Of a stretch of 64,000 nucleotides of DNA, positions 1 through 12,227 are shown piece by piece. Source of the DNA: Octopus vulgaris (lineage: Eukaryota). Under the pieces are notes generated by a model. It saw only the letters and a list, made by a program, of their open reading frames with translations. It had not been told where the DNA came from and made no database searches. The translations under genes were made by a program, and so were the position numbers. The stretch covers positions 14,446,001-14,510,000 of the forward strand of contig OX597816.1 of the NCBI GenBank assembly GCA_951406725.2, read 5' to 3'. The first letter of the stretch is position 1; the number at the start of each line of letters is the position of its first letter.

Positions 1-234
1 GCGTATCTGTTTGCATGTCTGTGTTTGTCCCCCCCCCCCCCCAACATCACTTGACAACCGATGCTGGTGTATTTACGTCCCCGTAAATTAGCGGTTCGGC
101 AAAAGAAACCGATAGAATAAGTACTAGGCTTCCAAAGACTAAGTCCTGGGGTCGATTTGCTCGACTAGAGGCGGTGCTCCAGCATGGCCAGAGTCACATG
201 ACTGAAACAAGTAAAAGAGTAAAAAAAGAGTAAA
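1..234 (+). mobile_element. SINE family A, 3' half (cut by window edge)
   Basis: Matches the conserved 3' module of the full copies (16207, 29614, 53908, 57341): TGTTTGTCCCC...AGCGGTTCGGCAAAAG...GGCGGTGCTCCAGCATGGCC...GAAACAAGTAAAAGAG tail. Confidence 0.9.
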
Positions 235-602
235 GAAAATTAGTCAGAAGATTAAGAATAATCTTCTGTATCAGTCGAATCAAGGTATAAACTCGCTAAA
301 TACTAAACTTGTGTCACAGCGAAAGAAAGGGACAAAGAGCTATCAACTTGTTAATAAACATCCAATGTAATTATTTCTTTAATAGCTTCAAATTTGAGCA
401 GAAAATCAACAGGTTTAGGAGATGGGGTGAGGCGTTAGTCAATGAAGTCGACCTGCAGTACTCGGTTGATACTCATCTTAGAGATCTTGACAAGAGGAAT
501 TGAACCCAGAATGTAAAGGGTCGGAAGAAATGCAGTTAAAATTCGACACGCTCACGATTGTGCTAGTCCGTTGCTCTATTTCTGTAACAACAAATATTAG
601 TC

Positions 603-1178
603 TCAAATTTTGGCACAAGGCCTGCAAGTTCGGAAAAGGGTGAAAATTCGATTACACCGTGACTAGTGTTCAGCTGGTACTTATTTTATCGATCTCGAAG
701 GGTGAAAAACACAGGTGACCCCGGCGGAATTTGAACTCAGAACGTAAAGGCGGACAAAATACCTATTTCTTAACTACCCACAAGGGGCTAAACACAGAGA
801 GGACAAACAAGGACAGGCAAAGGGATTAAGTCGATTATATCGACTCCAGTGTGTAACTGGTACTTATTTAATCAATCCCGAAAGGATGAAAGGCAAAGTC
901 GACCTCGGTGGAATTTGAACTCAGAACGTAGCGGCAGACGAAATACCTATTTCTTTATTACCCACAAGGGGCTAAACACATAGAGGACAAACAAGGACAG
1001 ACAAAGGGATTAAGTCGATTATATCAACGCCAGTGCGTAACTGGTACTTAATTTATCGACCCCGAAAGAATGAAAGGCAAAGTCGACCTCGGCGGAATTT
1101 GAACTCAGAACGTAATGGCAGACGAAATACCGCTAAGCATTTTTCCCAGTGTGCTAACAGTTCTGCTGGTTTATCACT
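603..1178 (-). mobile_element. SINE family B, nested trimer
   Basis: Three B bodies (B-box GAGTTCAAATTCC, GCCTTTCATCCTTTCGGGGTCGATAAA...GTACCAG core) joined at AAATACC|TATTTCT (763/764, 947/948); one diverged head at about 1130-1178. Confidence 0.9.
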
Positions 1179-1262
1179 CTATTTCTTTAATAAACATTAA
1201 TATCAGTTAAGTATTTGTTCAAAACAGGAGTGAACGTTTCAATAATACTTAAGCAGTGCTCT

Positions 1263-1486
1263 ATAAGATTTATTAATAGTTCATATATTATTAATAAGAT
1301 TTATTAATGGTTCATGCATTATTAATACAATTTATTAATGGCTCATATATTATTTATAAGATTTATTAATGGTTCATATATTAATTAATAAGATTTATTA
1401 ATAGTTCATATATTGATTAATAAAATTTATTAATGGCTCATATATTATTAATAGGATTTATTAATGGTTCATATAATATTAATAAG
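1263..1486. repeat. AT-rich minisatellite, about 31-32 bp x 7
   Basis: Unit ATAAGATTTATTAATRGTTCATATATTATTA repeated with substitutions. Confidence 0.9.
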
Positions 1487-2349
1487 CAGAACTAATTTTT
1501 AAAACAGGCGTGCAATTATTTTACGATCTATAGTATATCATAGTATACATTAAAACTTTTCCCGAACTTTACTTTCTGTGACGTTAATCATGAAAGAGAG
1601 ATAAAACCTTATAGATCAGATGCTAATGTTACCGGTAACTGCTGCACACTCACAAAGCCACATAAAGCTCTGTTATCTTCCAACCGACTTGATAAACCGA
1701 AGAAAGTAGAATGAAGCCGCTTATGAAGCTAGTCAAAGAAATGCCTGAAGTTAGATGCCTTACTCACGTCCCATTAAATATTAGCCTGATATCTATGTTC
1801 ACACGGTTGTTTCAACTTCCAGAAATAGACAGGAAGTCAGAGGAAACAAAAGCGGAATGTATTTGATCAGAAAATATAAAGACTTACCTATCTTACATCT
1901 TACATCATGGATCAGGAGCCAGGAGCGTGATAAGCTCTCCATTCCCAGCAACAACATCTTCGTTGTTGGTGTTGTTATTGTTACTGTGGTTGTTGTTGTT
2001 TAGCCCAAGGTCAACCTGAACCAAACTGAACTGTTATCATGAATTCATACAGCCAGGACTCAAATGTTATTATATTACATAGACGAGAGAGGGCTATCTA
2101 TATAAGCATGCAACGGAGAGAAGAGAGAACCGCGATGCCATTCGACGTGGCAACAAACCAGACGGAATAGAATTTCCCATCCAGATCTGAGATGCAGCAA
2201 CGAAATGATCGCAGGTTTCCAATACGCCGTGGCCATTCCACCAAATCTGGTGCATGATAATGCTATATTAGTAACACACTATCATAGCTTAACGTTTTAT
2301 ATCACGTAGCGTTGAAGTGGATATCAGTCTCTGTCTCTATCATAGGTTA

Positions 2350-2402
<53 letters not shown>

Positions 2403-2413
2403 TGGTTGATTGA

Positions 2414-2799
2414 TTTCAAATTTTGGCGCAAGACCAGTAATTTCGGAGAGCTGGGTAAGTCGATTACATTGACTTCAGTACTTGTTTTATCGACTCCGAA
2501 AGGATGAAAGGCAAAGTGGACCTCGGTGGAATTTGAACTCAGAATGTAAAGGTGGACGAAATACCTATTTCTATTTTTTTACTACCCACAAGGGGCTAAA
2601 CACAGAGGGGACAAACAAGGACAGACAAACGGATTAAGTCGATTACATCGACTCCAGTGCGTAACTGGTACTTAATTTATCGACCCCGAAAGGATGAAAG
2701 GCAAAGTGGACCTCGGCGGAATTTGAACTCAGAACGTAACGGCAGACGAAATACGGCTACGCATTTCGCCCGGCGTGCTAACGTTTCTGCCAGCTCGCC
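2414..2799 (-). mobile_element. SINE family B, nested dimer
   Basis: Head GGCGAGCTGGCAGAAACGTTAGCACGCCGGGCGAAATGC plus young-tailed body, joined at 2565/2566 to an old-tailed body. Confidence 0.9.
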
Positions 2800-2815
2800 T
2801 TATATGTGTGTGTGT

Positions 2816-2852
<37 letters not shown>

Positions 2853-2964
2853 TGTGTCTGTGTATCTGTCTGTCTGTCTGTCTGTATGTATGTATGTATG
2901 CACGTATGTATGTATGTATGTATGTATGTATGTATGTATGTATGTATGTATGTATGTATGTATG

Positions 2965-3019
<55 letters not shown>

Positions 3020-3021
3020 AA

Positions 3022-3312
3022 AATGCAAGAGAGCAAGCATACCTCTGATATAATAGAGATCTAATAAATAATATTATTCCTCATTGTACCCCGTTATTTA
3101 GCTTAGGGGTGGGAAAACCTTGGAATGTTCTATCTCGAGCAATCTTTCGTCGTCTTCGAATTATAGTTGTTAGTGTGAGTAAAAGACCAAAACTTATGAG
3201 CATATTACCATAGTTGTAAAATAATGAGTATAAACCAGATCTTATTGATCCCGTTGAAGTCCAAGGCCCAAGGCCCAAATTCAAGGAAGGGAAACGGGTT
3301 TAGAACCTTATA
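3022..3312 (-). pseudogene. COX3: NUMT: decayed 5' part of mitochondrial cytochrome c oxidase subunit III
   Basis: In the invertebrate mitochondrial code the minus strand reads NPFPFLEFGPW..TGSM..SGLYSLFYNYGNMLMSFGLLLTLTTMI....IARDSTFQGFPTPKLNNGVQWGMMLFI(indel)MSEVC. This is collinear with COX3 NPFHLVExSPWP...WWRDIxRESTFQGxHT...GMxLFIxSEVCFF. TGA=Trp in frame, several indels. Confidence 0.85.
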
Positions 3313-3458
3313 AAATTGCTTATTAAAGCAAGAATTATTTACAAAGGAGAAGGCATCAAAAATTAAATTGTGGTGCGCTTAAACAAAAATAGATCATTTT
3401 TTCAAGAGGGGGAGTTTTATTATTGTTGTCATATATATACTATATGTAGGCTAAGTGA

Positions 3459-3776
3459 GGGCGCGTGGCTTAGTGGTTAGGGAATTCGGCTCATGATCGT
3501 AAGGTTGTGAGTTCGATTCCCGGCGACGCGTTGTGTCCTTGAGCAAGACACTTTATTTCACGTTGCTCCAGTCCACTCAGCTGGCAAAAATGAGTTGTAC
3601 TTGTATTTCAAAGGGTCAGCCTTGTCACTCTCTGTGTCATGCTGATTATCCCCGAGAACTACGTTAAGAGTACACGTGTCTGTGGAATGCTCAGCCATTT
3701 GCACGTTAATTTCACGAGCAAGCTGTTCCGTTGATCGTATCAGCTGGGACCCTCGTCGTCGTAACCGGCGGAGTCT
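3459..3776 (+). mobile_element. SINE family C (tRNA-derived head), full length with 14-bp TSD
   Basis: A-box TGGCTTAGTGG, B-box GAGTTCGATTCC, CORE-like GTTGTGTCCTTGAGCAAGACACTT. Flanking direct repeat TATATGTAGGCTAA at 3441-3454 and 3781-3794. Confidence 0.9.
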
Positions 3777-4054
3777 TTTTTATATGTAGGCTAACTATAA
3801 ATGAGATGCCTAACTCTTTGCCTGTTCTGTGTATTACATATGATGCACGGGACTATTCCCCTGCCGTCCATGTTTCGTAATTTTCCTTCACCACTTGGGA
3901 TTTACGAAAGGAAAGCTTTATATTGTTCTGAACATGTAAAAGTAGGGCTACCTGAAAGTCTGAAAATAAGCATGGACGTTTAGGGCTTTGAGCTGGCAAA
4001 AGGTTCCAGTTTAGGGAGACTTAGGCTTTAGAAACCTAACGAGCATTTCACAAG

Positions 4055-4710
4055 ATTACTATCCGACTAGTTTAGCCACCCATGACCATCTCACCTCCAT
4101 AACATCGATGTAACTTATTAACACTTCTAACTTTATTTATTTGCTTTCTCTTTGGCTTTACTTCCCAAATAATCCCCTTAAAACAATTACAAGATACCTG
4201 AAAAATTACTAAATATTTTTCTGTTGACTAACATAATAAACAACCTACACCTCTTGTGATATTCTCAAGACTATTTCAACTAATTTACCGAAATCTTTTC
4301 TTTTTATTTCCGGCTTCTTGGTAACAAACTTCTCTATCCTCTTCTTTATATATTTCCCTTAATTGCACATTTTAACACCTCTGCCACCAACCTTCTAATT
4401 GCATTTTTTGTTTTAAAAATATTTACTTATTTATACGTTTTTCTTTTGTTTATTCATAATATTCGTGCCTCATTCTTAAGATTTTTCTGTTTTCAACTCC
4501 GTTTTTTTTTTGCTTTTGTTGCCAAATTAATGAGCCTATTAATGCTTCCACTAACAGTACATGTGTTAAAATAGTTCTAATGAGTGTGCACATACTTATT
4601 TCCTACTACCACCACCCCCAACTGCTACCACCATCATTTACCATTTATTTTTAGCTATACACTTATATATTTCTATATTCGTTTCTATTTTGATAGTCTA
4701 TATAACTCCT
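4055..4710 (+). pseudogene. Possible highly decayed atp6-like NUMT
   Basis: Frame-broken segments in ATP6 order: ..HDH.., LLSLW, LIAHFNTSATNLLIAF, TPFFF..AKLMSLLMLPLTVHV...MSVHMLIS (cf. ELxSxxxRPxTLxVRLxANMxAGHxxxSL), and IFVSILMV near the end. Lies next to the cox3 NUMT. Confidence 0.3.
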
Positions 4711-5139
4711 ACATAACGGGAATGAGCTATTAATTGTCTTATATGAGACATTTAGGATATGGAGAAACAATATTTCACCTCATATGAGAGAAAGAAGAAA
4801 GGAAAACGCTTAAACACCTAATGGCAGCCATAGAATTTTATCTATGTCAATGGAAGGGAGATTGAAATCCTGGCTGGAAGTTAGTCTGTAACAAAATAAC
4901 CTGCCTCGGCCTCATACAATGTAGGATTTAGTAGGCAATCGAAAGACTTCTATGTAGTCGTTCGGTCTGGTGGAAATAGCGGACAAATGTTGACAAAACA
5001 ATTGTACCGTCTTAAAAAATAGAAAGGTATTTATTAAATAATAATCTAGATAACTCTAAACTGTTGGGATGGGCATGGATAGAATATCTTTGGCAACAGT
5101 GCTGCTCGGTTACAGTTGACCCAGAAATAAACAACAACA

Positions 5140-5197
<58 letters not shown>

Positions 5198-5199
<2 letters not shown>

Positions 5200-5826
5200 G
5201 TTTAAAATTTTGGCATAAATACAGAAATTTTAGGGATGCTAACATCGACCCCCCTAGTACTGGACTTATACTATTTTATCTACCCAGAAATGATGAAAGA
5301 CAGAGCCAACTACGGCGGAACTTGAACTCAGAACGTAGAGTCAGAAGAAAAAAAGCCAAGTATTTTGTCCTACGCACCAACGATTCTGCGTGCTCCATCG
5401 CCATAACCATTCTGCATACTACGCTCTAATATAGATACAAAGTCTGTAATTTGGGGCGGGTGTGGTTATCAAGTTATTACATTAGTCCCTGTGTTCAAAT
5501 GGTACTTATTTTAATGACTAGGAAAAGATGAAAGCCAAAGAGACGACCTCGGCGAGATTTGAACACAGAGCGTACTGAGTCGGAAGAAATACCTATTTCT
5601 TTACTACCCACAAGGGGCTAAACACAGAGAGGACAAACAAGGACAGACACATGGATTAAGTCGATTATATCGACCCCCAGTGCGTAACTGGTACTTATTT
5701 AATCGACCCCGAAAGAATGAAAGGCAAAGTCGACCTCGGCGGAATTTGAACTCAGAACGTAGCGGCAGACGAAATACCTCTAAGCATTTCGCCCGGCGTG
5801 CTTAACGTTTCTGCCAGCTCGCCGCC
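5198..5826 (-). mobile_element. SINE family B cluster (degenerate copy 5198-5403, dimer 5424-5826)
   Basis: B-family core and head; dimer junction GAAATACC|TATTTCT at 5593/5594. Confidence 0.85.
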
Positions 5827-6429
5827 ATACAACGGCCTATTATTCAGATATACAAATGGCGACACATGGAATTAGACATCCTGTACAAGAAAACCATTAA
5901 ATATTTCTTTTCTTTTACTTCCAGACTGTAAGACAGTACAACTAATTATAAGAAATAGTATATAAACGCAGTTTCAGTCTAAAACATCCTTTATCCATCT
6001 TATGCTCGTATTTTGAGGTTAATAATGTCTCATCGCCAATGACTTCCACATGCAACGTCATCTGTTCTTCTTAATTCATCTTAACTCTACGATCTCCTTC
6101 TTGTCTTCCCTCTTTCGTTTATACTAATTATTTAACGATAATACTACTTGAAGATGGATCTAAGTGATATTACTGATAGAAACGATTAAATAAAAAGCAA
6201 ACAGTTATTATAATAAAGCATCAGTTTTGCTTAATAGTTTACTACTGAATAAATATTTCTTCACTGTATTAGTGTTTTGCGATCTTGTGATAGTGAGAGG
6301 TGTAGAGCATAAGCTAATCAGCCGGGCAAGAAACAAAAAGCGTGCGACGGTGTTTCACCTTCCAAATTAAGCCATTTTACCAACAATGATCTGGGGAAAA
6401 GGTGGTGGGTTACCATCTTGAAGAGGTTT

Positions 6430-6583
6430 AGTCGAACAGATCGACCTCAGTACTTGTTCTGTTGGTAACTTTTGCGAAACCGCTGATGAAAGGGGGCGCA
6501 AACAAACAAATACCGGTTATCACGCGCTGGAGGAAGGAACGAACACAGATAGCAAGAGACACACACATATGTCGGCGTGTATA

Positions 6584-6621
<38 letters not shown>

Positions 6622-6639
6622 TGTGTGTGTGTGTGAGAG

Positions 6640-6671
<32 letters not shown>

Positions 6672-6876
6672 AGTGTGTGTGTGTGTGTGTGTGTGGATAT
6701 ATATATATATATGTATGTATGTACGCTAGGCTTCCGCACATTTTCCGTGTACAAAACTCACTCCTAAGACATCTGTCGGCTCAGTGCTGTAGTAGAAGCT
6801 GTAACCTTGGTGCCACGCAGAACGATTGAACCCTAAAAGAAGGAGTTGCTAAGCGAGCTTCTTAACCACGCAGCCT
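6430..6876 (-). mobile_element. SINE family A, degenerate, with internal (TG)/(GA) microsatellite
   Basis: Diverged matches to both A halves (GTGCCACGCAG..TTGAACCC, CTTAACCACGCAGCC; AGTCGAACAGATCGACC). Confidence 0.65.
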
Positions 6877-7669
6877 TACATTTAATTATGTCATTATTAT
6901 TTACAAAAACAAAGAAAAATACTTCTGGTCTTTTTAGAAACATTCAATTGATGTCCTTACATGAATATGGCACAATTCCAGGAAATAATTCGTAGTCGAT
7001 TTAGTCACATTTGTATGATATTGTGTGCGTGGGTACATATATATATAAAATTTATATAAACTGACGATTTATAATGTGACTCGAGTTTCATGCTATTGCG
7101 AGCGCCACACGAGAATTTGCGATGGCGTGAAATTTGTGTTGCTTGTTAAGGTATTAAGATACAGTACCAATGAACCATTTACTCTACAGCGTATGCTGAG
7201 TACCCTTCTCTCATTCATTAGATGCAATTCCACTTTCGTGTAAACACACACACATTCATGTGTGTGTTGAAATAAAACTTCTTGTGGGAAATGGCGTAAT
7301 GGAACGTTTGAGAGTTCTCAGTGTAATGGCTTCTTCATATTTTCGTCGCAATCTAATTAAACTAATTAAACTAGAGTTAGTCTTAGCAGGTATAAACACT
7401 GTTTGCTTTATTAAGACTAGTTATAGTTAAATTAGATCACTGGTAATGGTGGTAGGTTATTAATTAATGTTACTGTTAATTAACGTAGTGCATGTAAATC
7501 CAATGACTCAATCTTCGGTGGTGTGACGATGCTAATAACATATTAATAATTATATTGATTTCTAACATTGGCAGAAAATAACATATACATACACATAATC
7601 ATAACACTCTCACACACATACACACATTTATGTGCATATATATACATATATACACTATACGTATGCACA

Positions 7670-7745
<76 letters not shown>

Positions 7746-7872
7746 GTATGTATATGTATATGTATGTATATACACATACTCTTATAAGCGCAAGGGCGTA
7801 TACACGTTTAAACAAAGAGTCAAATACTCATACATGAAGAAAGGTACATATTTACATACATATTTATTTTTT

Positions 7873-8090
7873 TTAAACAAGAATATTGATGACAGTGACT
7901 TCGAAGTTTCACCCTGTTAAGCCATCGTTGGAAAGTTTGACGATAGATTAACTATCCGAAACGTCGAAGTCCCTATCAGCAATAGCGTTGTTTAAGAATA
8001 GCAAATTTGTACTCGACAAATGTATAGAATACATCACTTTAAAGAAAAATTGTTTTTTTTTATTATAACAAAACCTAAGAACAAACATTA
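7873..8090 (+). mobile_element. Penelope-like terminal remnant: inverted repeat around a degenerate minimal hammerhead
   Basis: Arms 7873-7910 and 7958-7995 are inverted. The motif UUGACGA-UAGAUUAACUAUCC-GAAACGUC lies at 7937-7965. Confidence 0.5.
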
Positions 8091-8236
8091 ATATACATAC
8101 ATACATACATACATACATACATGCACACACACACATACATACATACATACATACATACATACATACATACATACATACACACATACATACCTACATATAT
8201 ATATATATTATATACATACAAAAACACACTCAAAAT

Positions 8237-8275
<39 letters not shown>

Positions 8276-8572
8276 CATATATATATATATGCTTCCTCTG
8301 GCACGCATATTGCACACAAACACGCGCATAGGCTCAAGTATACCCACATACATACGTACGCACACACAGATACAACGGGATAGAAAGCAGGAACGAAGGA
8401 GACAAGAGATGGTCTGCGGCAACGAGGATGGTATTTATTGGAATAAGAGCAAAAAGATTTAAGTTGGAATGTTATTGTGAGAAGAAATTTATCCATCACA
8501 AAAGCAGAACTACTTAAGAAATTTCACTCCTATACCAATATATATATATAGTCATACACATATATATACACT

Positions 8573-8612
<40 letters not shown>

Positions 8613-8857
8613 GTATGTAGATATGCGTATGTATGTATATATGTCTTAAGTATGGATGTATGAGTGTATGACTAGGTGTGTATCTGTTTATGTATGGAAT
8701 GTATGCGGATTTTTTTTGCTTTATGTGTATATATATATGGTTAGTCTAAGGTTAGTGTTTCAATGCTCTCTACAATTAGCTTCATCATATATATATATAA
8801 AATATAATATATATATATATAAATGATACATATATATGTGTGTGTGTGTGGATGTAA

Positions 8858-8913
<56 letters not shown>

Positions 8914-9256
8914 GTGCATACATTTTTAAATGCACACACACACAAATATATATATACATATATATATTGGTATGTATATATATGTATATATATATACGTA
9001 TGGATATATATATATATATGTATATTTATATATATACATATCTATAAATATATCATATATATATATTAATATATATACATATCTATATATATTATATATA
9101 TATATATTTATATATATACATATCTATATATATATTATATATCTATATATATTTATATATATACATATCTATATATATATATATGTATATATATATATAC
9201 CTATATATATATATATATGTGTAGATGCATACAATATATAGAAATAGCTATTTTTA

Positions 9257-9393
9257 CTAAATGATAATCGAACGCAATTGTTTCAATTCTCTGTAAGCCA
9301 ATGAGCCCTTTTGATGTCCTTGCAGGTCTAGGACTCCATTCTGAGCAGCTTTCCGCAAGTGTACCCTCCTAACCCGTAAGTTACTTCCAGCAG
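9257..9393 (-). CDS. Candidate terminal exon, unknown product
   Basis: Acceptor TTTTCAATTTTATTTGTTATAG, then 44 sense codons AGSNLRVRRVHLRKAAQNGVLDLQGHQKGSLAYRELKQLRSIII*; locally higher GC. No homology recognised. Confidence 0.25.
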
Positions 9394-9608
9394 CTATAAC
9401 AAATAAAATTGAAAATCCACAAAAAAATGAAAAAACTTTTTACATAAAATGCAAAATGCAACCAAAAAAATGAAAAAAAACAGTGAAAGAAAAAACGATT
9501 AACAAAAAGAACATTCTGTACAAAAGACCCAGCAACAACATGAACAACAACAACAACAACAACCAAAATTTTCTACTATCTCAGATGTCACGTGATAAGC
9601 TTGCTTGC

Positions 9609-9699
9609 CTTGAACTTCCTTCTGTTACAACGAACCAAATTATAACGTTTTAAATTTTTCTCTCCGGCGTCGAGGTCAACAATGGCGAAGACAATGAAA
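9609..9699 (-). other. Candidate 91-nt exon (coding or non-coding)
   Basis: Strong acceptor CTTGTTTTCTCTTTCTGTAG, possible GC donor AAG|GCAAGC; one open frame FIVFAIVDLDAGEKNLKRYNLVRCNRRKFK. Confidence 0.2.
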
Positions 9700-10073
9700 C
9701 TACAGAAAGAGAAAACAAGAAAAATATCAAAAAAAAAGAGGACATAAAAGAAAAATTTCAGAAAAAAAAGTTTTTTTTTTATTGTTGGACAAAATGGAAC
9801 TCGGCTCGTTGAATACCATTCCTAATTTTTTTTTTTTTTTTTTTTCATATGAATACTGAGACCAATGTCAGGTCTATTAGTAATAACAAAAGTCGGCAAA
9901 TTATAGCAGTGAAAATTTTCCTAAGTCCACAGATCTCCCTCCCGCTGTACAACAATTTTTTCCTCATTAGTGTATTGAAGAAAAAATTTCAAGATTTTAA
10001 AAAATTATATCGGAAATTATAGATAATTTAAAGGAAATATGAAATTCAGTAGTTAATACTTTTGCAACCAAAA

Positions 10074-10130
<57 letters not shown>

Positions 10131-10137
10131 GTTCTCA

Positions 10138-10594
10138 AAGTGGTGCGCTGGCAGAATCACTTCTGCGCCGGACCTAATGCTTTGCGCATTTTTTTCCGGC
10201 TTGTTACGTTCTGAATTCAAATTTCACCCAGGTCTACTTTACCTTTCATCCTTTCGAGGTCGATAAAATAAAGTACCAGTTATTCACTGGGGTCGATGTA
10301 ATCGACTTACTCCCTCTCCTAAAAATTACTGGCCATATGCCAAAATTAAAAAAAAGAATTAATATTATTATTAACAATTTCTTTGGCAGGACGGCAAGCT
10401 GGCAGAAACATCAGAGCGTCGGATAAAATGCTTTACAGTATTTTATCCGGCTCTTTACATTTTGAGTTGAAATCCCTCCAAAGTCAACTTCGCCTTTCAT
10501 CCTTTCGGGATCGATACAATAAAGTCAAGTGTTGAGGTTGATGGAATCCACTAGGACCCTTTCCCTAAAATAGTCGTGTGTCTAAATCAGAAAG
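10138..10594 (+). mobile_element. Two older SINE family B copies
   Basis: CTGGCAGAA head and CCTTTCATCCTTTCG..GTCGATA core at 10138-10350 and 10390-10594; the first has the old tail (GGCC..TGCCAAAATT). Confidence 0.8.
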
Positions 10595-10604
10595 GATCAT
10601 TAAT

Positions 10605-11050
10605 TCCTTTGATCGGAAAGGGTTAGCGTTTTCCTCCATCAGGTGGTGAAAGGGAGCATATTGCGGAAGATGTTGAAAGAATTGAAGGCACAGACTTTTC
10701 TCTTTTACTTATCCTTTTCCACTTCTTCGGGTTGCGCTTGAAGCGGAAGGAAAGGGATCAGAGACAAGTGCTGCCTTCTGGTGAATTTGGTGAAAGGTGG
10801 GTGAGAGTGGTGAGGATGGCCCACATTAATGGGCATATACTCAGAATGCGCCTATACACAGGAAAACACAGTTGGGAGAGGGAAGTTGCACTTGGTAGAC
10901 AGAATAATTTTGGATCTATGGGGCTCCTGCGATGGTCCTGAAAGGCTGTCTCCCAGTTGGGGCCGCTTATTTCATTTTTCTTTTTTCTACATTTTTAATT
11001 TCCATGCCTCTTTTTTTCCTTAATCTACCATAAGAAAACGCCACCGTTTC
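10605..11050 (+). mobile_element. L1/Tx1-like non-LTR retrotransposon 3' fragment
   Basis: FFGLRLKRKERDQRQVLPSGEFGERWVRVVRMA resembles the ORF2 C-terminus of L1/Tx1 elements (F..RW motif), followed by a T-rich 3'UTR. Related inverted copy at 11720-12170. Confidence 0.5.
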
Positions 11051-11121
11051 TCTGTAATTTTCCTTGTAATATTCCTTTATCTCAAATACGTAATCCTGGT
11101 TGCAAAAATAGAGACTTTTAT

Positions 11122-11335
11122 TTGGTAGAATCGTTAGAGTGTCGGACGAAATACCTTGTGAAGTTAAATTCAGGCTCTTTACGCTAATTGAATTCAAATC
11201 TTGTCGAGGTTGATTTTTCATTTCATCTTCTCGAGGTCGATAAAATAAAATACCAGTCAAGATCTGGGGTCTTTAGTGACAACTAGAACCCTACCCTGTA
11301 CCTTATAATTTCTGACCTTTTTGCTTATTGTAGAA
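11122..11335 (+). mobile_element. SINE family B, degenerate
   Basis: TTGGTAGAATCGTTAG...GAATTCAAATC...GAGGTCGATAAAATAAAATACCAG. Confidence 0.7.
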
Positions 11336-11338
11336 AGA

Positions 11339-11403
<65 letters not shown>

Positions 11404-11719
11404 CATTATCTTTTGTGATATGAAATAACTTGTGTTCTATTATGGAACCGCTTAAAATACTTTGATAATTCCCATGGGAATAACAAACGCCAGAATATAC
11501 AATTTACATTTTCTAGAAAGAAGACGCTACGTCTAATTAATGAAATTTTATATTTACTTAATGTTATTAATAATAGCATTTATATTAATAACAATAATAC
11601 CAATAATTAACAACAACAACAACAACAATAATAATAATAATAATAGTAGTAATAATAATAATATCATTAATAATAATAATTAATAATTTTAATTTCCAAA
11701 ATAATAATAATGATTTCTT

Positions 11720-12170
11720 TTTTGCAAGAAGGGCGACGGCTAGGTGTGGATACTACATCGAGGAAATGAAATGAAATATAGTAATAGTTACAATATGTGT
11801 TCTAATAAGGGAGAGCAGCCACCTTGGGACAATCCTACCCTACAGATCCAGGATTACGCTGGTTTCCAATCGGGGCGCAAGCGCTCTTCCACTCGCTGTG
11901 TTTGGCCCGCAGCCGCACGTTCACTGTTGTCACAATCAATCAAGCCATGCTTGCCATTCTCAACTACCTGTTAACACATTTACTAGAGGGCAGTACTTCT
12001 TTCCATCCTCATGTTCTTATTAGTACTTGAAAAAATTGGTAAGGAATTGGTGAGAGATGAAAAGTATTGTATTGAGACCCCTAAAACTTCTCCATTACAC
12101 TATTCCCTATTCTCTTTTACCACGGCCGCCAGAGGGAATTCGATCTTCTGGTTGGACTTGCCTTGTAGTT
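11720..12170 (-). mobile_element. L1/Tx1-like 3' fragment, second copy, opposite orientation
   Basis: Minus strand reads FFKY..MRMER.VLPSSKCVNR*LRMASMA, collinear with the 10732 peptide; ends in AAAGAAAT. Confidence 0.45.
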
Positions 12171-12183
12171 TTTAATAATAATG

Positions 12184-12227
<44 letters not shown>

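Noticed and set aside
603-1178. Regularly spaced repeats resembling a CRISPR array
   Set aside because: Units are about 184-bp SINE bodies without unique spacers; eukaryotic context, no cas genes.
9326-9374. Plus-strand exon (TTGCAG|GTCTAGG...CCC|GTAAGT, GLGLHSEQLSASVPS*)
   Set aside because: Stops in all three frames and overlaps a better-supported minus-strand candidate; cannot be excluded without RNA data.
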